Below, in pieces: positions 37,880-52,200 of a stretch of 64,000 nt of DNA. Origin of the DNA: Adineta vaga (lineage: Eukaryota; Animalia; Rotifera); contig CP075493.1 in NCBI GenBank assembly GCA_021613535.1, positions 12,090,001 through 12,154,000 of the forward strand, in the 5' to 3' direction. Position numbers and translations under genes: made by a program. Every line of letters starts with the position of its first letter. Position 1 is the stretch's first letter. The notes beneath the pieces are model-generated. The model did not search any database. It was not told the origin of the DNA and saw only the letters and a list, made by a program, of their open reading frames with translations.

Positions 37880-38436
37880 ATCAATCTTCTGTACTGTTTT
37901 TCTCTCTTTTTCATTGTTCATTTCCATTATGTTCGAATAAATTGAGATACATAGTTTATTATTCTAAAAATATGAATGGAAAGTAATTTAAAAATTTCAG
38001 TATAATAAAATAAAAATAATCTTGAACTCAATACAATATGTCTTAAAAATATTTATTAGGAATTCATATTTCTATAACATTGGCATATTTTCGTTAGACA
38101 GCATTTTCTTATGAAAATTTTAAGAATTAAAATCTCTTATACATAATTTTTAATTGAATTATCTTTTTCAATTCCTTCAGATATAGAATTATAATCGACT
38201 TATTGATCCAAAGATCCATTCAACATCTAAAGCTTAGTCTGACCATTGATGATCATTAAAGGAATAGTATTAGTAAGAGCATTCTGTTTGGTCACAACTC
38301 GATACAGATTCACGATACATAGACAGGTGTGTAGAACAGTAATTGATGCTTTTACTTTAATACAATAGAATACTCAGAGAAGTAATTTTCAAAAAAAGAG
38401 ATCTGATCAGTTGAGATCGTAAACTGTATGATAATA

Positions 38437-38607
38437 CCTCAGATCGACAGATCCGATATTGGATCCGATAGGATCCAACGTTTCCACAAAATCCTATCGG
38501 ATTCCGTTAGTAAAATTTCCGTCGGAAGTTGCATATTTTATGAGCGTCCTTTTTAGCTATATTTCATTACGGTCTTATGGCTACCTGTCGTATCCGTCGA
38601 TCTGGGG
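38437..38607. mobile_element. 171-bp MITE-like element
   Basis: Imperfect 22-bp TIRs (38437-38458 vs 38586-38607, 18/22 match) and an internal perfect 12-bp inverted repeat ATCCGATAGGAT (38463-38474) / ATCCTATCGGAT (38491-38502). No clear TSD. Confidence 0.65.
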
Positions 38608-40244
38608 ACATGACATTTAGACACGCATTTTGTTATTATAGTTTCGTTTTATTTTATAGAAGAAAACTAAAAAATAGCTCTTAAACATCATTTATTAACA
38701 AAACAGCAAAGAATATAATGGAAAGATAGATTAACATATTGTATTTAAAAGAAATCAATAGTGAATGAGTTCGTAAGGTTTGTAACAGCAATTTTGTAGG
38801 AAAAAACGATTTTCTATTATTAACTTACCAAGCAAATATAGTATCCTCGAAAACTGTCTGTTTTATGAAAGAATTTTTTGTAATTCAAGCTTGTAGATCT
38901 ATAGTGCATCATGCAAGAAGATATTGAATTCTTTATTTAGCGAAGTAAAAAAAGTATAAAGTCAACCCGAATCTAATTTTTATCTCAACTGTTTGACTTA
39001 CAAATTTGGGAAAATTATTATCTTTCGCATCACCTCGTCGTTTCGAACTCTTGTATTCGATGTCTGTTACAAACTTCATAAAATATGAAAAGAATAAAAT
39101 ATTCGGAATGGCAAAATTAAATCAAATAGAAACGATGTTCGAGATAAGTGATAAGTAACACAATTTAACTGCATATTCTAGCAGTGGTCTCTCTCACAGC
39201 ATACTTCGTCTTATCAAAATCGCTTAGAAAAAGTAGTGATTTGTCTTTAATTCTATATTTTAATCTTAACTGAAGTCTGGTCTTTCTAATTAATCAAAAA
39301 TTTCAATTGTTTTATAATTGTTGTTTTTGAAATATTTTAGTAAAACGTATCTCAGCTTTCTAATGAAAAAAGACACCTAGAGTTACAATTTGTAGACTTG
39401 TCTTTATAGTCAATGTTATTATTACTATTTATAATATGATCTTCATCAAATCAGTTTTTATTTCGTATAGTTGACTAGCAAGATACGTGTCTAGATGGTT
39501 AAGATATAAGCTTCATGGGTAAAAAGAATCAAGTTTCCTGAATACACATTTAAAAATTACTGTTGCATATGAATTAATATGGTTAGCCGAAGGTTTTTTT
39601 TTCGTATTGATATCCAATAGAGAATAAGAAAAGCAGATATTTCTTTTACTGTTTGGAAGCTGAATTCTTATCGAAATTAGACAAACGAAAAATTTCGTTC
39701 CTTCAGATATCCATTCGATGTTTGATAGGATTATTAATGATTATTTTGTATTCCATATTTTTTATAGTTATATGGATACCAAGTTAAAAGATCAAAAGAT
39801 TGAACAAATGACGCGAGAAGAACTGATAGAAAAAGTCAAGATATTGAAAAGTTAACTATAGCACATCTTCAGCTGAATAGTTCATTGACAAATCAAAATT
39901 GAAAATAGCCTCTGGTATAATGAAAAAGAAATTGAATATGTTTCATATTAAAATGTTAAAAAATCTCTTGCTTTGTTAGATTGAAAACACTCTTTATGCT
40001 CATAAACTTCAGAAAAATAAAAAACTTAGTACAAGATGATTGGAGCATTAAATCTTAAATCGTCCAGCGTTTCTTCCTGTGCATATATAAACGACGATAT
40101 TATTGGAGGTTCACTGTTTTCATAATGTTCAATAACAATATATATATATGCAGGTGCGCATTATATAAGAATACGCACTGACGTGTTTACTGATGTCTGT
40201 ACTTGATACATTAGGTAACTGTTCTATAATCAAATGGATAAGGG

Positions 40245-41021
40245 ATAAATATCGATATCTCTACCTGTTCATTCTGGTTCCATCTCTTCTAATTATTATA
40301 ACATGGATATGGAAGAATAATCAAACAGGGTGAGTTTTGTCCTGTTCATTACTTTTTAATAGACAAAAGAAGGTGTTACCAAAAAGTCTTTAAAGTTTGA
40401 AAAGATATGCAACGATAAAGAACACATTTCTTTTGGTAATGCTTTAAAAACAAAAAATAAATAATTGCTTTAGATTTTCTTGGTAATGTAATCAGACAGC
40501 AAGGTTTCTGTTAGTGATTATATATATAATGACTTTCGTTCTTTTGGTTGGCGAATCGGTGGTAATACGGACTAATGGGATGTCATATTAATGTATTTTC
40601 TTGGACAATTTGTCAGATGGTTTTATCCTACTGGAGAAGATCCAAATTCTCTACGCATTCGATTCAGCATATCAAAGCGTGAACAAGGTTTTGTTCGGTG
40701 GTGTTATGAATATATATGGTTACTATTTCGGGATGGTCCAATAATTTTGAGTTGTATTACTATGGTATAATACTTTTAAAATATTCTCTCTTTTGGGAGA
40801 TTGAAATGTCGAATCCAAAACTTTATGTATCAATTAACGAACCGTGGCTTCATATTGTTCCGTTGAGGCCTGTTTCAAGACGTAGACGGCGTCACAGAAG
40901 AGTTCGCAGTTTTCGTTGCGTGTTGATTAGATTTGTTGTCATTATAATACATGTAAACCGTCGTGATGGTCGTTATCGGACTCCTGTTGATCGTCATCGA
41001 AGAAGAATTCGATACATGTAG
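40245..41021 (+). pseudogene. Possible decayed multi-exon type II membrane protein gene
   Basis: KYRYLYLFILVPSLLIIITWIWKNNQTG ends at a GTGAGT donor. A later protein-like stretch (DYIYNDFRSFGWRIGGNTD*WDVILMYFLGQFVRWFYPTGEDP...) has a stop and frame conflicts. No family recognised. Confidence 0.3.
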
Positions 41022-42022
41022 TGCTGTAATGTCGAATAAACTAATTCTATAAAAGATTAAGATCATTTTGCATTCATAAGACAGTCGAAATATATAATTT
41101 TTTATCTAAACATTATCAGTGAAACCATATTAGTTCAAAATTTTAATAGAATGAAATACAAACAAATAACGATCTCATCCATCTAAGCATTTATATAGAA
41201 AACGGACTATATCTCGAAAAAAACGCCTCAGGAATTGATATATTTACAACATTTTCTCATAAAAAATTTTAAAGATTTAATAGAGATATAATTCTTAAAT
41301 GAGTATGAGCTATTCCTATTGTTGATCGAAACTTTTCATTCGACGGTTGATATCGATCTCCGTGATGAAATTAGAGCGTTTCAATTGAGGACTATCTGGA
41401 ACGAGATTTCTAGAACTCAATATAAACTTTACAAATATACCGAAAGTGAATTTCTAGAATTGAGATATGGGATCAAGCATTTCTCTTAAACATTTATCAT
41501 TTAATGAATAAATGTGGGAATCAATCCGTAATCAAGATAGAATACGCAAAGATGAGAAAAAGCAATTTTCTTCTCCTTTCAATAAGCAATAAAGAAAAGG
41601 TAATAATAATGACAAAATTTCGTTTAATTTTTGTTATTTTGAGGTTAATTAATAGATATGTAAGTGAAGATATTGAATTATCTGAAATTCTTCTATGATA
41701 TATGAAAGTTTTCTAAAGCTTTTATATTTAGCATCACTAAACCCCTTTTTTTCACAGGCTTTCATTTGGTATAAAATTCATCATAGATACTATTCGAGAT
41801 TATATCATTGCTTCCCTTGAATAATATTTTTTCCGACCCTGTGCATACAGTACAATTTGTTTTGTGTCGTTAATTTATTATATTGAATGAATTGAAAGAA
41901 GAGAAAAAACCCAGATATCACTACAGAAAAAGAAAACTTCGAATAAGATGAGGAAAGGATATATTTGAGTACCAATTTTAAGAATAATTTTGTGGAAATT
42001 CGAAGAAGAATTGTTATATAAT

Positions 42023-42259
42023 TTAAATAAAAATTTTGAATGATGATGATGGTTGAATGGTTTTACGTGTTTTTGTCGTTGTAGTAATGCGATATTTAAC
42101 CACTGGAGCTGCATCAACAACAACTCTCACAGGTTCTTCAACTTCATAGACAGTATAAACACGTCGTGGAGCTCGACGAACATAGGTAACGCGAACATCA
42201 TCGCAAAATGGATCACGAACTACATAAGAACTAGAACTAGAACTAACAACAATACTCAT
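42023..42259 (-). CDS. Small Val/Ser/Thr/Arg-rich protein of unknown function (78 aa)
   Basis: AAACATG start; MSIVVSSSSSSYVVRDPFCDDVRVTYVRRAPRRVYTVYEVEEPVRVVVDAAPVVKYRITTTTKTRK...; TATATA about 85 nt upstream; AATAAA downstream near 41875. Confidence 0.6.
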   Translation of the reverse strand: MSIVVSSSSSSYVVRDPFCDDVRVTYVRRAPRRVYTVYEVEEPVRVVVDAAPVVKYRITTTTKTRKTIQPSSSFKIFI

Positions 42260-44039
42260 GTTTATTATGGAATTGAATTGAAGAAAATGCGATGATAGTT
42301 GATGATGTCTTGAATGGTAAAGACATATGACAATATGTGTGTGTATATATACAATTGAAAAGTATGTAGAGAAAAAAAATTTCTTCACAATTGACAAAAA
42401 CACACAATTATTGTTTTTGATGTGACGATATGTAATACTGAACCATGAAATCTATATAAATATGATCACATGACTTTTTATGCTACGAGAATGCACTTGA
42501 TGCATGTTGTCTAACGAAAAACAATCAATTATTTTTTTTCGAAATTCATTTGAAAACTATTCTTCATTGAAACCATTCATAATTAGCGTTCCCAAAAGTG
42601 TGGTCAGATAATATTTCTACTAGATGATATTCATCTAGAACATTTTCAATTAAGTAATCCATAACATTGCTAGCATACATCACCCAAAAAGAAACCACAA
42701 TTAAGAAAAAAATATCTTTTTCTTTAGTAAGTCATTATTGTACGAGTTGGATATACTATTATTTGTGGACTCTATTAACGAAAATAACTCTAAAGAAATG
42801 CAGACAGACACATCGTGTAGTACTGTATTAATGAGATTCCATGTCGTTGTCGTTGTAGAGAAGATACGTTGATAGATGATGATTTTGTTGAAATGGCAGA
42901 AATGTGTTCGAGAACGTTTCGAGTATTTATACTTGAAAATATGTGTATGCATGGTAGAGAAGAAAAAAATAGGAAGGGAACCGTTTTTCAGGAAAAAATC
43001 AGCCAATTACTGTTTTAAGCATGACATTATGTAGTTTGTACGAGAAGAGGCATTTCCCATTTGCTCTTCCTGTTCAAAAACGTAAATATGTAAAACATAA
43101 AAAATTCATATCACCTAGAATTCTTTACACATATAACAAATACATTGTTTTTGTCGTTACCATTAATTAAATTGTTTCACACTTTTGATTTTTATGACCT
43201 CATCAAAATATAACTCTAATAAAGAAAAATTAGTCGCTACAACCGTTTTTTATGATACGCTTGATAATTGGAAAACAATTACTCGTTATTTTTTTTCATG
43301 ATGGTATGCGAGAGAACAAAAACACATATATTGAAAACTATGTGCCTCCATGGCTTGAAAAAATTTAGAATCAACAAAGAATAATTTCAACAGAAATCTA
43401 TCAGAGGCAATACTATCGAAATATGATTCAAACATCTCGAATCGTTAGTTATGATGATGTATTATTGTATTTCAATCGTTATTAATATACAGAGCAGTTC
43501 ATACCTTATTAATTCTTAATATAACGTACAAATACATATGCCTATGCAACCTTATTTGTGGCATTTTGATTAGTTTAGAAGACAAAGCGAATCAAAAAAC
43601 AGAATGAATAAATATGAACGTAACCAAAATGTTTATAACTTATATCCAAAAGCTATTCTATTTGGTTTCGATATGACAATCACGAGAACAGAATAGTTCA
43701 TTAATTCACTATTTCAATATTGATTTCCAGGAAATGTTTCATAAGAAAAGAATGATTTGTGTGATTTTGAGTATCATTTGTTTTGATCTCTTCACACTCT
43801 TGGCTGATTTTTTACTTGTCAACCTACAGCCGAATTAATCCTTCTATTATGTTAAAAGATTAGACCTTGGTTATTGAGTGCAAAGTCAATATTTAACGTG
43901 ATTCCTTCCGCAACTATAAAAGCGTGATGAGAATAAATGAAAGCCGATAACCATCGACGAACTAAAAAATAAGTACTGATTCAACTACTTATGCTATTTG
44001 CTCTTCTGAAATGTTTTGATGTCACTTTAGGACGTTAGT

Positions 44040-44372
44040 ATGCTATCACAGTATCTTCAAGTCACCGGAATTTTGCTGTTACTTATCACGTTGGACATCG
44101 AAGGACGTGGCATCAAACGGCTGAATATCGAAGAATCATCTGGAATGGATGATGAAGAAGTACAAATGAACTCAAGAGATTTGTTTTCAGTCTGTGCTCG
44201 TATGGATATATGGGGTCTATCTGAAGTGGCTGAAAAATTATGCATTGGTGCATGTTGTGCACAAAATTGTGCAACAGGGAAATGTGTTAAGCGGGGTGGA
44301 CGACCCGTATGTGTTTGTAATCGATGTGCTGATGGAGGTGGTGGTGGTATTGCATGTCTAATTGGAAAATGA
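44040..44372 (+). CDS. ASABF/ABF-type CS-alpha-beta defensin precursor (antimicrobial peptide)
   Basis: Signal peptide, acidic propeptide, mature DLFSVCARMDIWGLSEVAEKLCIGACCAQNCATGKCVKRGGRPVCVCNRCADGGG. This closely follows Ascaris ASABF as recalled (FSSCARMDVPGLSKVAQGLCISSCKFQNCGTGHCEKRGGRPTCVCDRCGRGGG). Confidence 0.9.
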   Translation: MLSQYLQVTGILLLLITLDIEGRGIKRLNIEESSGMDDEEVQMNSRDLFSVCARMDIWGLSEVAEKLCIGACCAQNCATGKCVKRGGRPVCVCNRCADGGGGGIACLIGK

Positions 44373-45602
44373 GCGACTAATTAGTAAAAATCTTCGACGA
44401 TTGGTACTCATTCGATTCAGTACACTTTTATTTTTATGGAATTATTCGAGAGAAAAAAAATAAATAGATATCAGTCTTTGAAACATGGCTAACTAGTGCC
44501 ATCTAACTATCAGAAGGAAAAAGAATGAATTTTTTTTACATAGAATCAAGTTATGAATTTGAATCACATTTCATTATTTCTTCAGCATGTTATTTCGAAT
44601 CGATAACTTGTTCGAACGTTTTTTCTAATCTTTGATTTTAACAGAAAGGTATACAACATGCCAAACCAGCTATATAGAAGAAAATAAATTACAAAATTAT
44701 CGATCGGCTACTGAACATTATCTAGTAGCATGCTAATGAATATACGCTATTGAATGGTAATTAACAAATTCTAGGTATATCGATCGAAAATAGCAGTACA
44801 TTTCTATTCCCAGGTATAAAGTAATCAGTGCTAAATGGAAAATTCGAACGCTAGATCATATAAATAGTTATCTCAAGCGACCAGAACATTTGCATACGAT
44901 GTTAGAACATAGATTCATCAGGGAAAATGAACTTTGTCCTATTTGTAGCAACAAAATCAATGTAGTTCCAAAAATTTATGATGTTTAAACTATGCGTTTA
45001 TGTAGAAATAAATAAAAACTGACATCTAAATCCTCGTGAAAATTGATAATCTGTGAATCATTATTTATAGATATATTTTTTCTATAGAAGCATATTATTA
45101 ATCTACGCAAAATCTTTAAGAGACTAGAATCATTAGAATTTCCGTTTATTATTTCTTTACGCTGTACGACGAAAAAACGTTGTCGAATTTGATTTCGATA
45201 TTCTTTTTTGCGATAATTAATGCGATAAGGATCGACAATCCTTGCATTTATAAACGAGATCCATTTCAATGTTCAGTACCATTTTTTCAGTTTAATTCAG
45301 TTTATAAAAATACTTGAATTTTCTTCTTTACATTCTTATTATCAACATTTCCAAATGAAGAACAAAGATTACAACAATACTCTTATTTCTCTAAGGATTT
45401 ACTTCTTTGTTTTTCTAGAAGAACTTTCTCATTCGATCAGATGAAGCCTCAGTAAAAAAAAGTTTCTCTTTCTGATTATGCAAATACGCATTATTTGAAT
45501 TTCTCTTGTGTCAACTCAATTCAATATTCCTGAATTTAAGTAACGAATCATTTCGTTTTTATAATAAAAACAACACATATTCAATCAAAAGATCGACGAA
45601 AT

Positions 45603-47492
45603 ATGATGAATCGATCACAATCACACAAGAACCTGCATAATCGTTGTCATATCATTCGTGTAACTATTCGGCCTCAATCTCAACTACTGAATAATCGACA
45701 CAATGCATTCACGGTTTGAAAAAAAACCTTTATCATTATATTTTGTTGATTTTCTTCTTTGATCAAACAGATTTCAAATACTTCGATACATCAACAAAAC
45801 CATAAAAAACATGCGAACACATCCAAAGTCTCAGTATATCCTGCCAATATTACACCAACAAATATATCTGACAGTTCTATATCACAAGTAGTGATACCCC
45901 GCTCATTAACTCTTGATCAAGAAATCTGACAATACTTTCTTTTTTTGTGTGTAGTCAGTGAGCCTTCCATGGTCTTCTAATAGTTCAGAAATAGAATTGC
46001 ATGGTAATGATGTACAAAAGCATGGAATACATCCATCCAAAGCTACTTTTTCTAATCAGGTAACTATTGTGACAAAATGAATTCATATAAATAATTATTT
46101 ATTTCTATAGAAGAATATTGCTACTATTCGTGGAAAAAATCAGGTAAAAATTGCATATTTATCAAAGTTAATCAATTTTAGATAATTAGATTCAAGATGA
46201 ATGGCTTGATTGGACTAGTTTTCATGATGAACATCATCGATATACGAAAATACAAAAGAAAAACAAGTCAGTCTTCGAGAGAATACATTTTTAATCGTTA
46301 TTCTATATGTTATAGATGTTCACCTTTATGTATAATCTTGTCTATACTGAGTGGATTACTAGTTGTAACGATTGCTACAATACTATTAAGTGTTCTTTTA
46401 ACTAGAAAGAATAACAATGTTATAACAAGTAAGATTTAATATTAAAATGAAATTTTTTGTAGGATTTCTCTTCTTAGTATATCCAAAAGCTGTATTACGA
46501 TGGAATTCAACAGGTATAACTATAGCAGGTGTTGTAGGGCAACTTGGTAATGCTTCAAATCAATTAAATGTACCTTTTGGTTTGGCAATAGATTGGTCTT
46601 ATACGCTCTATGTAGCTGATTGGTCTAATCATCGTGTACAAAAATTTCTCAGAAATTCTTCCATTGGTACGACAGTAGCAGGCCAAACAATAGGATCATA
46701 TAATTCAACACCAAACTCTTTACATTATCCAGGTGATGTGTCTGTGGATTGGAATGGAAATATCTATGTAGCTGATACATTCAATAATAGAATCCAATTA
46801 TGGACAGTTGGATCATCTGCAGGAATTCAAATAGCTGGAACAGGTAATTGACATGAATGCGCCGAAAAATATCTATGTCTCTTCAATTGATATTCTTCTT
46901 TTTAGGAGCAGTTGGCAATGCAAATAATGAACTTAATCGACCACATGGATTCGCTCGTGATCCTAACACGGGTATACTCTATATTTCAGATACCTCAAAT
47001 CATCGTGTAATGCGATATCTTCCTGGTGCAACAACTGGTGATCTTGTCGCAGGTGGTTATGGAAGTGGTACAAACAATAATCAATTATATAGTCCTTTCG
47101 GAATATATTTCGATTCACCCTCAAATAGTCTTATCATTGCAAATGGTTATGCTAATAATATTGTTCGATGGACACTTGGTGCATCAACTTGGACAGTAGT
47201 AGCGGGGAAAATGAATGGAACAAGTGGTAATTCATCAGAAGAATTGAATCTACCAATGGATGTAATGTTAGATCCGATGGGAAATATATATGTTGCTGAT
47301 CGATTGAATCATCGAATACAATTTTTTGCTCCCGGTCAAACAAATGGAACAACTATTGCAGGTGTCACTGGCATTAGTAGTACAAATGCTATTTCATTGA
47401 ATACACCCATGTCATTAACACTCGATAGTCAATTAAATTTATATGTTGCCGATACATTCAACAGTCGCGTACAGATGTTTGCTCGATATTGA
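45603..47492 (+). CDS. Type II membrane NHL-repeat (beta-propeller) protein, ~8 exons
   Basis: Small exons join in frame from ATG 45603. One TM segment (LCIILSILSGLLVVTIATILLSVLL), then RWNSTGITIAG and six NHL repeats (LYVADWSNHRVQKF, IYVADTFNNRIQ, LYVADTFNSRVQMF). Confidence 0.88.
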
Positions 47493-48118
47493 CTGAGACA
47501 GTTTTAAATAAAGATTTATACTTCAAATGCATTTTCATTTACCTGTAGTAGCTCACTTGTGTTTTATTCATCATTACATAGTAACATAATCGTGCCTATA
47601 TCATTAATTATAAGGCAACTAGAATGTTTTTCAATGTTCGCTATTCTTTGTATTATACAAACATCACAATACCGTCATCAGATTCTAAATGAATGATTGT
47701 GCTTTGTTCAACATTATTAGTTTTAATCTCTTTTCATATATACTAAAAATTAATTTGCAGAATTTACATTATTAATGCTTAAGACGATATTAAAATGCAA
47801 TGAACAGAAACTAGAATTTTTCTTGACTGACGTTAGTATTATATTATCTTGTTTAATATGAATATTTAATCAAGCATGCTTTTTTTTACATGACTTTCTT
47901 CTAAAATATGTTCTTATAATTAAGTTCTTAGTACAAAACAAGACTTTCATGTATACTTGTATTCATCATTTGTCAGATTCATTTTTTCATACCATGCTTC
48001 TGACATATTTTAAATAATCTTTCTGATCTGTGTAGAGCTGTCTCTTTAGCATCATATTTATAATAATTTTTCAAATAAAAACTCATTTCTTTTTTGAAAA
48101 GTTTTCAAATAAATTAAA

Positions 48119-49177
48119 ATGGTTGACTATGGACATGGATTAATTGGTTATATTCTTACTTTCATAACTGTTATTCATTGTTTACTTACTTTAATCATTT
48201 CATTCATTGTCTTGATTACAATTCTATACAATCTATATTCTCATCGGCAAATGAAACACGAAGAGAGAATTACGTTGATACTTTCGGGTAATATTTATCT
48301 ATTTATGTTGATCTTTATGGCTGGATTAATTCCAATAAACATCGAAACATTAATTGGTGATGTGTATGGAAATGATGTCAGTTTCAATTTATCATTATGT
48401 GTATTTAAAGGATATTTTATTGCTTCAATGTGTTGTGCTATTTATCATGGTTTTGTAACACAGGTAACTAATTGTAATACTAGTTATATTGAAAAAAGCT
48501 GACTTTATTGTAATTATTGTTACTCTACGGAACTAAATCATCTATTTTATTCTTATATGAATTTTTAGGCATTCTATCGGCTTTGTCGTATTGTCTATTA
48601 TAAGAAAAGACAATTTCAATTATATTGGTTTTATGTTATTGTCACTCCTATTCAAGTAACAGCAGCCTTTCTTCTCTTAAGTCCAATCATGTTATGGCAT
48701 GATATAATCTATTTACCTAATGATTATTATTGTTATATTCCATTTACCAAACTTCGCGCTACTCTTTGGCTTGTTTTCAGTGTTTATGGTATACCACTCA
48801 CTTGTTTAATAAGTATTTATACACGGATTATTATGTTTATTCGTAAACATTCGGCTAATCAAACAATCATAGTGAAACGACGACAAAATCGAGATTTATT
48901 AGCAGTTCAACGTATATTTCTCAATATTATTATTTTACTAACACTTGGACTTCCAACTATAGTTCTTCTCTTCATATACTTTATTACAAATGTTGAACAT
49001 CCACTAATCTATCGTACGATGTGGATGGTTGTTGGAGTATCAATGACAATATTAAGTGTAGAAATGGCATTTATGACACCACAACTAAAGAATATTTTGC
49101 TGAAACGATGGTTACGAAATCGAGTAATACATGTTGCAAACTCTACTCAAATGAGAATAAATATAATTGCTCGATAA
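48119..49177 (+). CDS. Divergent class A (rhodopsin-like) GPCR, 2 exons (intron ~48464-48568)
   Basis: Seven hydrophobic segments; TM3 C.FKGY..., spliced QAFYRLCRIVY (DRY equivalent); ECL2 YYCYIPF; TM5 YGIPL..IYTRI. Confidence 0.85.
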
Positions 49178-49230
49178 TAACTTCACTCATTGATTTATTA
49201 TTCAAAATTATTTATACATAAAAGAAAAGT

Positions 49231-52200
49231 TTAAACAAAACAACGTCGAAATGCTTTCCATTTTCGTCGAATTATTGCATTGAATTCTCTCCTGTACATT
49301 TCCGATGTTAATACAAAGATAAAAAAATGAAGTACAGGTGGTACGAATGAAATGAAGTAACTGACCAAGAATATCTTGTATTCTTTTGATGATTTCATAC
49401 AATTGGATACAAAAGAAATAATAAGACGTGGTAATGCTAAAATAACCAATATAATCGAACTAAGAATTAGATGTTTATGACGAGAAAATTGTCTTTTTAA
49501 TTGTTGTTCGAATGTATATTGTCTTTTTGCCGATGAACGTTGTTTTGCATTAAAAATCATAATACCAATTGTTAAGATAACATTAAGTGAAAAGGGAACA
49601 ATGAAATGAAAAATATTGATAAATCTATTATAGGTTTCCATTGTCGATGTAAATTTAACTAAACACCATGTTCTTTGTTCTTCAATATCATCGATTAGAT
49701 GACGATGAATTGGATCATGAAGAATGGATAAAGCTGTCATGAGAGGAATGATGAATATAATCCGTTTAGCAAATTGTCGACTTTTTGTTTTATCAAAATG
49801 TACACCGAGAAAAACAACAAGAAATCGATCGATTGCCACAAAAACATGATACCAATCAGTTGTAGCCAATAATACTCGAAGAATAAATTCCACTGGTATA
49901 CAATTAAACAAAAGAATAGATCGCCACGTTATCATTTGCATCTGTGACAGAATGAGAAGCCATACTTTTGTATACAGAAAAATAATGATTAAGATAGATG
50001 TTATGGATGATGTAAATAAATAAAGACCACAACCTATTTCTCGAGTTGATCTTACTTGAAATGTTAGATTCGATAGAATTCCACTGACAAGACCAATAAT
50101 AACTAACAATGTAGCTAAACTTATACTGATTTTCACAGGTAACGATTGTTGAGTAAATGTGAAATGAGGATATACATGATAACCTAAAATAGAATCAAGT
50201 GAAAGACCAAAATGTTGAGTAGTCAATTGACATTTATCACCATAAAAACATCCTTGACATACACACATGATTCTTGTTGAACAATGTGGATGATCTTGAA
50301 AACAGCGTGCATCATTTTGACAATTATTATAACCAGAACAATTATAAGTTGTATTGTAATTAAAATGAAAACAATTGGTTTGTCTGTCTTCTGTGCATAG
50401 ACACATAAATGTATAACTATCGTGAAAACAAAGAAGATCAGAATGTTTTTGACATATAGTATGATAATATTTCACAACATATAACAACGGTTTATCAATA
50501 ATCACTTTATCCAAGAGTTCTCGAATATGTGGGCATCGTTGTGATTGAGTAATTTGTGTAGAAATAATAATTGAAGATGTATAATTATGTTGAAGAACAA
50601 CAAGATAATACATATGGTCAATTTGAACGAAAACTAGATGAAAGGATAGTGACATATATAGAGTTATTGTCTTTTGCTTCAATGGGATTTTTTTGAACAT
50701 TGTTACTTGAGTTGGTTCTGTTTCGAGGCTGAATATATTGTGTTCTACAACATTAATGAAATAAACTAGTACAGATTGTGGAATCTCTACATCAGAAAAT
50801 GAGATGTCTATTCTCACATCTGTCTTTTCACAATATTCACCAAAGAAACCATCTGGACAAACACATGTAAATTTAGTTGAAGAATGTCGAGAATCATATG
50901 GTATACATATACCCTGATTCATACATGTGCTATTCATTTGACAGATTGATTTTAGATAACATCGAGGTCCTGTGTCGTTTAAAGAACAAAGACATATTGA
51001 TCGATTTTCTTTCAAACCAACACAAATCGATCGTGGCGAACAATTACATTTATGTTCGATCGTCAAAATTGAGTTCGCTCGATTTGAACATCGACAAGAT
51101 TGCATATGACTATTGACTAATGGTTCTAAATATTTCTCACTACATAATAAACGACAATCTTGCTTTGTTGGAATTATCAGTTGGACACTCATACGATTGA
51201 CAGGCATGAAAAGTAATTTAACCGGATATATCCAACTTGTGAGATATAGAAGATTAACTTTATCATATACATCAATATAAATTGTATAATTCTTCGTCAT
51301 ATCTTTTGGGCGATTTTGATAGAGAAGATGTATATTGTATTTAGTATTGCAATCAATCACAGGAATGTATGTAATTTGTTCATAGAAATTAACAAAACCA
51401 GTATGATCAACGAGTCGAATAACCATACCGATTATATTAAATTTTTCCAAATGTTCTTGATGTAATCGAATGGTGAGACTAACACGTTGATTTTGATATT
51501 GACAGAGATGACCATAGTAATTCTCTGGACAAAGGCATTGTTCAGTTTCATGTTTACCAACAAGAATTGCAAATCCTTTGTTGCACAACCATAATCTTGA
51601 ATCATTAATATGTTGAATACTAAATATTTTCTCAGTTTTTATTATACCATTGTGTATCTGCTTGAGATGTAATGAAGGTAATTGAAGTAAAGGAAAACTA
51701 CGCGATGATCTATGAGAGAATGGTTTTCTTCTATACATGAAACGATCTGCTTTTCTCAAAAAATACTGAATGATATGCGTAACTGTATCATTGGATATAT
51801 CGCATAGTATATTCATATCGTTAAAATCATGACAATCTCTACAAACTCTCGTAAATGGAACACATTTTGTATCATTCCAACAACGATAATATTTTAAAAG
51901 ATCTTCTGAGTATAGTGATCGACAATAGGATTGCTCATCTGTTGATCCAAGACAGTCGATAATTCCATCGTCAATATAATTCATATGTAAACAACCCAGC
52001 GTACGGTTCTTCGGTAACATACAAGGATGATGATTTGCAGGACATTGAATAAGTGATGAACAGTTAATCTCATCGATACCTTTTGGACAATCCCATAAGC
52101 CGTTACAACGTGTATATTGATTTACACATGGCCACAGTTCACAATGAGTTTCATCAGTATCATTAATTACAGGTAACATATTAACTTCTTGATCACATAT

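Noticed and set aside
39772-40135. Short coding-like pieces (MDTKLKDQKIEQMTREELIEKVKILKS*)
   Set aside because: Too fragmentary and stop-ridden to assign to any family.
40139-40185. TA-flanked CAGGTGCGCATT... possible Tc1/mariner end with a weak hairpin
   Set aside because: No matching second TIR found in the window.
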